NCBI GenBank assembly: GCA_964371245.1
Contig: CAYJKP010000002.1
Span: 257,469-321,468, forward strand
DNA from: an uncultured Gammaproteobacteria bacterium
Lineage (GTDB): Bacteria > Patescibacteriota > Patescibacteriia > JAHIZJ01
DNA length: 64,000 bases
Direction of reading: 5' to 3'
The notes below the pieces were generated by a model. The model searched no databases and was not told the DNA's origin. It saw nothing but the letters and a program-made list of their open reading frames with translations. Of the stretch, positions 60,046 through 64,000 are shown in pieces. The first letter of the stretch is position 1, and each line of letters starts with the position of its first letter. The translations under genes and the position numbers were made by a program.

Positions 60046-60861
60046 TCAGCTATCGAGCAGCTTCAGGTCGGACTTGGTCAGGCCGACCATGGCAGTGGCG
60101 ATGCGGTATTCACGGCAGGCGTTGTGCGCCTCCCAGAGTTCCCAGCGACGGTCGTCGCCGCGGAGCGTGTGGGCGTAGATGACCTTCTCGGTCACGTCCT
60201 GGATCAGAGCCTGCCGGAGATCAGCCGCCGTCCAGCCGATGTCGGTCGGCGTGGCATTGACATTCTCCAGCGCCCGCTGGACTTCATACATCAGGCGACC
60301 GCAGTCGTCCAGCTCCCAGGACCCTTCGCCCTGTCCGAACGTTACCGTCCGGCGGATGTTGAGCGGTTCATCGAAGAGACGTGTCAGTTCCCGAGCCGTG
60401 CGTAGCCCTTCCTCGCGGAAGCGGGCCAGCGTGGTCTTCCGGTCGAGGCAGACCTCTTCCCAGCTTGCCTTCGGCCAGATGATGTCAGGGCTGTCCAGCA
60501 CCGACACCGCGAACTCCATGCTGTGGAAGCGACTGCATTGGTCGTTGAGGTTGGAGTACCAGCCACCGTCGCTGACCAGCTGCTGGCTCCAGTTGAGCGA
60601 CGGCACCAGGCTCTGGCGGACGCGCTCCACATCCTCGACGTGGTTCTTCCAGTCGTACTGCTCGTTCTCGAACTTCTTCTTGGCCTGCGCGAGCGCGGTC
60701 TTGGCCGAATCGAGGCTGGCCTGCTGGTGCTGCAACTCGGCGTTCCAGCTCGTCAACTCAGCCTTCTGCGTGTTGACGTTGTGGAGACCGACGAGCGTGA
60801 TGACCAGAAACACTGCCCAGACCATCCCGATTGCCCCGACGACACCGATCCGCTTCCTCAT
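60046..60861 (-). CDS. Membrane-anchored coiled-coil hypothetical protein
   Basis: AAGGAGG SD before MRKRIG; N-terminal TM then heptad region. Confidence 0.65.
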   Translation of the reverse strand: MRKRIGVVGAIGMVWAVFLVITLVGLHNVNTQKAELTSWNAELQHQQASLDSAKTALAQAKKKFENEQYDWKNHVEDVERVRQSLVPSLNWSQQLVSDGGWYSNLNDQCSRFHSMEFAVSVLDSPDIIWPKASWEEVCLDRKTTLARFREEGLRTARELTRLFDEPLNIRRTVTFGQGEGSWELDDCGRLMYEVQRALENVNATPTDIGWTAADLRQALIQDVTEKVIYAHTLRGDDRRWELWEAHNACREYRIATAMVGLTKSDLKLLDS

Positions 60862-61037
60862 GACTGCGATCCTCCTTGGCATTTCTGCCGTGACGTACCC
60901 CCGTGTTTCGTATCTGAGACCCATCGTCCCGATCCTTCGATATGCTCGCTGGATCAGGACGCTCCGCTTAACCCTTATATCCATAAGAATCAAACGGAGG
61001 ATAAATTGTCAACGTTCGAGGCATACTCAGCACCGAA

Positions 61038-61157
61038 CTGGAGGCGAGACTGACATGTTTTGAGCCGAAGCTCACATGCCCAGTCCGCTTTCCTGAAGCC
61101 GCGAGGGTTAGCCCGGGAGAATCAGGTCGACGGACCGTTCTCTACTCCCCTCCATGT
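61038..61157 (-). ncRNA. Unassigned structured RNA motif, copy 1
   Basis: Three-way junction, C(UUCG)G loop, stems covary with copy 2. Confidence 0.6.
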
Positions 61158-61174
61158 CGGTGTGGAGAACAATG

Positions 61175-61278
61175 AATAATTCAGAATTAAAAATTAATAA
61201 TTATTGTATCCGCCGTTGGCGGATTTCCTTCATTCTTACTTCTGAGCCCCGATCACGTCGGGGATGAATTTTGAATTG
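61175..61278. repeat. AT-rich heptamer repeat element, copy C
   Basis: AATTAATAATTATTGTATCCGCCGTTGGCGGATTTC identical to copy B. Confidence 0.7.
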
Positions 61279-61356
61279 TAACGTACGATATTCCCGCCGG
61301 AGCATACCATCGACAACAGCCGCGGTACGCTCTGGCGGAAGCCCGAAGGGACAAAG

Positions 61357-61496
61357 CTGGAGGCGAGGTGTCCGTCTTTGAGCCGAAGCTCGACGGACCG
61401 GTTTGTTTCACTGAAGCCTCGAGGTAATCCTGTCATACGACGGGACATAGCCCGAATGAATCAGCTATCCAAACCGTTCTCTACTCCCCTCCATGT
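61357..61496 (-). ncRNA. Unassigned structured RNA motif, copy 2
   Basis: Same conserved blocks as copy 1 with compensatory stem changes and one extra hairpin. Confidence 0.6.
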
Positions 61497-61801
61497 TCGT
61501 CCCCTCCGATGTATTTCCCCAAATTCCGGGGCGATAGTTCAGGCCCATATAATATGTGTGACCTCTATCAGCCCCGATATTCGGAGAAACAAAAGGGTGG
61601 CGCTTTGCTGCGATGTTCTTCAGAAGAGAGAACGCCGCAACAAACCACCACCCAAGATAATAAAAGCAGGTTTGGTTGCATTTTGCCGCTTTCTCAGGGC
61701 GGCGATTCCGCTAATATTAGCGGAAACTCTCTCCTCGCTTGCCCCAGACTTGATCTGGGGTCAATCTATATAATGTTCGCTATTTCACTGTGTAACTTGG
61801 C

Positions 61802-61830
61802 ATAATAGCGCACTTTTTGCTTGTTGTCAA
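61802..61830 (-). promoter_or_regulatory. Sigma70 promoter pointing into the ORF-free structured region
   Basis: TTGACA-17-TATTAT. Confidence 0.65.
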
Positions 61831-61982
61831 GACCTTATTGATTATATTTAGCTAATATCAGCATAAAATAATTATCTAATGTGATTTTATTGGCATTTTT
61901 GATAAACTCTACCGCAGGTGAACAATCGCTTGTTCACCTGCTATTACTCATGGTAAATTTACATAATTGAACGAATAAAACC

Positions 61983-62417
61983 ATGGCAACGGCAGGAAAA
62001 AATTTTCAGGTAGGGATAAAAGCCTTTCTCCAGAACGGTTCGCGCTTCTTAGCGTTGAAAGATGCCTATAGCGAATATTGGGACGTCCCCGGCGGCCGGA
62101 TTGAAGCGTCGGAAATCGATCAGCCCGTCTCTGAATGCTTGCGCCGTGAATTGTTGGAGGAACTCGGCTTAAATATACGCTTTGTGATTAATAATCTCTT
62201 TGACGTTTTTAAGTTTCGCGTTGCACCGACGAATGTTAGACATCCGAATATGAATCTGTTCTTAGTTTTTTATTGCTGCCGTTTTCTCGAAGGCGAGATT
62301 GTTATCAACGAGGAATCAAAGGGCTATCGCTGGCTGACAAAAGAAAACTATACTGAGTGTAGTTTCGGGGCATATCAAAAAGTAGTTGATGGTTTTGTCC
62401 AACAATGCCTGTCGTGA
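61983..62417 (+). CDS. NUDIX hydrolase
   Basis: WDVPGGRIE...CLRRELLEELG Nudix box. Confidence 0.9.
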   Translation: MATAGKNFQVGIKAFLQNGSRFLALKDAYSEYWDVPGGRIEASEIDQPVSECLRRELLEELGLNIRFVINNLFDVFKFRVAPTNVRHPNMNLFLVFYCCRFLEGEIVINEESKGYRWLTKENYTECSFGAYQKVVDGFVQQCLS

Positions 62418-62872
62418 AGAAAAACCGTGCCGCCGTCCTCATCCTCTTTAATATCCGAAGCCGGTTCAATGTCGGGGCGATGTTCCGAACAGCTGATGCA
62501 GCTGGTGTCACAAAACTTTTCCTCGGTGGCATCACACCCCGGCCGCCCCATCACAAAATTGCCAAAGTTGCCCTTGGCGCAGAAAAGTATTTGCCCTGGG
62601 AACACCACACCCAAACCGTCCGGCTCATCAAGCGTCTGAAGAATGACGGGTATACGATCGTCGCCCTTGAACAATCCCGCAAAAGCGTTCAATATAATAT
62701 GTGTCGGGTACGCGCGCCTTTCGCGCTCGTTGTCGGCAATGAAGTGAAAGGCTTGCCACCAAAAATACTGTCGCTGGCGGATTGCGTTGTTGAAATCCCG
62801 ATGCGCGGCCGCAAAGAATCTCTAAACGTTGCCGTGGCCGCCGGGATCGTGCTGTTTCACATGATACAATAA
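62405..62872 (+). CDS. TrmH/SpoU-family RNA methyltransferase
   Basis: NVGAMFRTA, VGNEVKG, IPM.G...SLNVAVA. Confidence 0.92.
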   Translation: MPVVKKNRAAVLILFNIRSRFNVGAMFRTADAAGVTKLFLGGITPRPPHHKIAKVALGAEKYLPWEHHTQTVRLIKRLKNDGYTIVALEQSRKSVQYNMCRVRAPFALVVGNEVKGLPPKILSLADCVVEIPMRGRKESLNVAVAAGIVLFHMIQ

Positions 62873-62913
62873 ACGTGGCGAGCAAACCTTTGCTCGCCTG
62901 CATAGTAACATTT

Positions 62914-63000
62914 GCCGCGGTGGTGGAACTGGTATACACGCAGGACTTAAAATCCTGTGGGGGTAACCCCATGAGAGTTCGATTCTCTCCCGCGGCACCA
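62914..63000 (+). tRNA. tRNA-Leu(TAA)
   Basis: Anticodon arm CAGGA-CTTAAAA-TCCTG, long variable arm, encoded CCA. Confidence 0.96.
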
Positions 63001-63054
63001 ACTAAAAAACACTCGGCCATTACGGACAAGTGTTTTTTAGTATATTGAATGAGG

Positions 63055-63972
63055 CTAGACAGTTTCAGCCGACTCAGCCATGGCAATCGGGAGAACAATC
63101 TGCCGGGCGATAATATTGAGGAGAATTTGATTGTTATAATTGAAGTCCTGCATGTCTACCTTGTCGCCCAGGAGAATGGCGCCCACCACCCGGTCGCCGA
63201 TCTGCAACGGCACGCCCATCATGCCCGGACTAGAGTACGCCACACGCAAAGCCGCTTTTTTTCGGTACATCTCGCGCGTCACGATAATTTCGCGCCGGGT
63301 TTTGTACATCAGACCAAGGAGCGGGTCTTTGAATAGATCAATTTTCAGATTTTTTATCCGTTGGTCGCTCGGATACCCGCGCGCCTGGATTATCGAGACC
63401 GTTCCTTCCTTCGGCCGATAAAAAGCGAAAAGAGCGCGATTCGCCTTGATGATTTTCAGGATCGTGGTTGTAATCAGCTCGGTCAGATTATCGAGGTCGG
63501 TATAGGTCGAGGCGATTTTGCCGGTCGAGTAGATCGTGACCAGTTTGTTGTTCGCGTGATGGAGGCGTTCGGCCAAATTGGCGATGATGTTGCCATAGAC
63601 CTTGTTGGCGATTTGCGGATAGTCATCGGCCAGCCGGAGAAAATCCTTACCGAGAATTTCGATCATATCGCCGGCCTCAGTTACTTCGCTGCTGTGGTCA
63701 TGTTTGAGTTTTGGATTGGTCAGCGCGCTTTCGACGGCGAAATTGTTCTTACCAAGGATGGCTAAGGTCTGAACTTCATCGTTGAACATCCGGTAGACGT
63801 GAACCTGCCCGCTTAAAACAATGAAAAACGATTTTCGGACATCGCCTCGCTCGAACAAGACCTCGCCTTTCTTGTACTTCTTCACCGTAATAATTTTTGA
63901 CAGTGCTGCCAGTTCCGGCGTACTCAAACCGGCAAGGACGGGTATCTTTTCGAGAATTTTTGTATCAATCAT
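63055..63972 (-). CDS. cNMP-binding plus GAF domain protein
   Basis: KGEVLFERGD...FFIVLSGQV cNMP fold; GVPL..G..VVGAI GAF motif. Confidence 0.8.
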   Translation of the reverse strand: MIDTKILEKIPVLAGLSTPELAALSKIITVKKYKKGEVLFERGDVRKSFFIVLSGQVHVYRMFNDEVQTLAILGKNNFAVESALTNPKLKHDHSSEVTEAGDMIEILGKDFLRLADDYPQIANKVYGNIIANLAERLHHANNKLVTIYSTGKIASTYTDLDNLTELITTTILKIIKANRALFAFYRPKEGTVSIIQARGYPSDQRIKNLKIDLFKDPLLGLMYKTRREIIVTREMYRKKAALRVAYSSPGMMGVPLQIGDRVVGAILLGDKVDMQDFNYNNQILLNIIARQIVLPIAMAESAETV

Positions 63973-64000
63973 GAGTCGTGATGTTATCGGCTTAGGTGTT

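Noticed and set aside
55980-60861. Integron cassette array
   Set aside because: No intI and no consistent attC RYYYAAC...GTTRRRY structures seen between ORFs
61038-61496. yybP-ykoY, c-di-AMP, TPP riboswitch or group II intron end
   Set aside because: Only short word matches; GGGGAGTAG and GCGAGAC lie on opposite strands, and the other required core motifs or domain V are missing

Overview
Bacterial chromosomal window that looks like Patescibacteria/CPR (inferred from gene content and protein style; TGA is used as stop). The backbone carries bcp, rplS, an RluA-family synthase, a CCA-adding enzyme, ftsH, rpsA, a B12-linked nrdR-nrdJ-cobO cluster with a cobalamin riboswitch, a group 3b-type [NiFe]-hydrogenase operon and eight intact tRNAs. 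The main accessory feature is a visibly GC-rich ~23.6 kb integrative element (8483-32103) in the 3' end of tRNA-Leu(GAG). Its attachment site lies inside the 3' end of its own large serine recombinase: the displaced native C-terminus (WCAKWDEVRTWIRDTTEYF...) is readable at the far end. A 1.7 kb recombinase-less sibling sits in tandem (6783-8488). The element also carries a second serine recombinase with an apparently intact attP-like inverted repeat fused to two HTH domains, a VirD4-like ATPase with a nuclease-like tail, a type I RM system with an embedded PIN-like/TM gene, an OLD nuclease, and a recombination module (SSAP, RecB-like nuclease, two RuvC, RadC, DUF932). Outside the island are a tRNA-Val nested inside a decayed tRNA, a tRNA-Ile(UAU), and two covarying copies of an unassigned structured RNA. 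All calls come from manual motif reading; no database searches were run.
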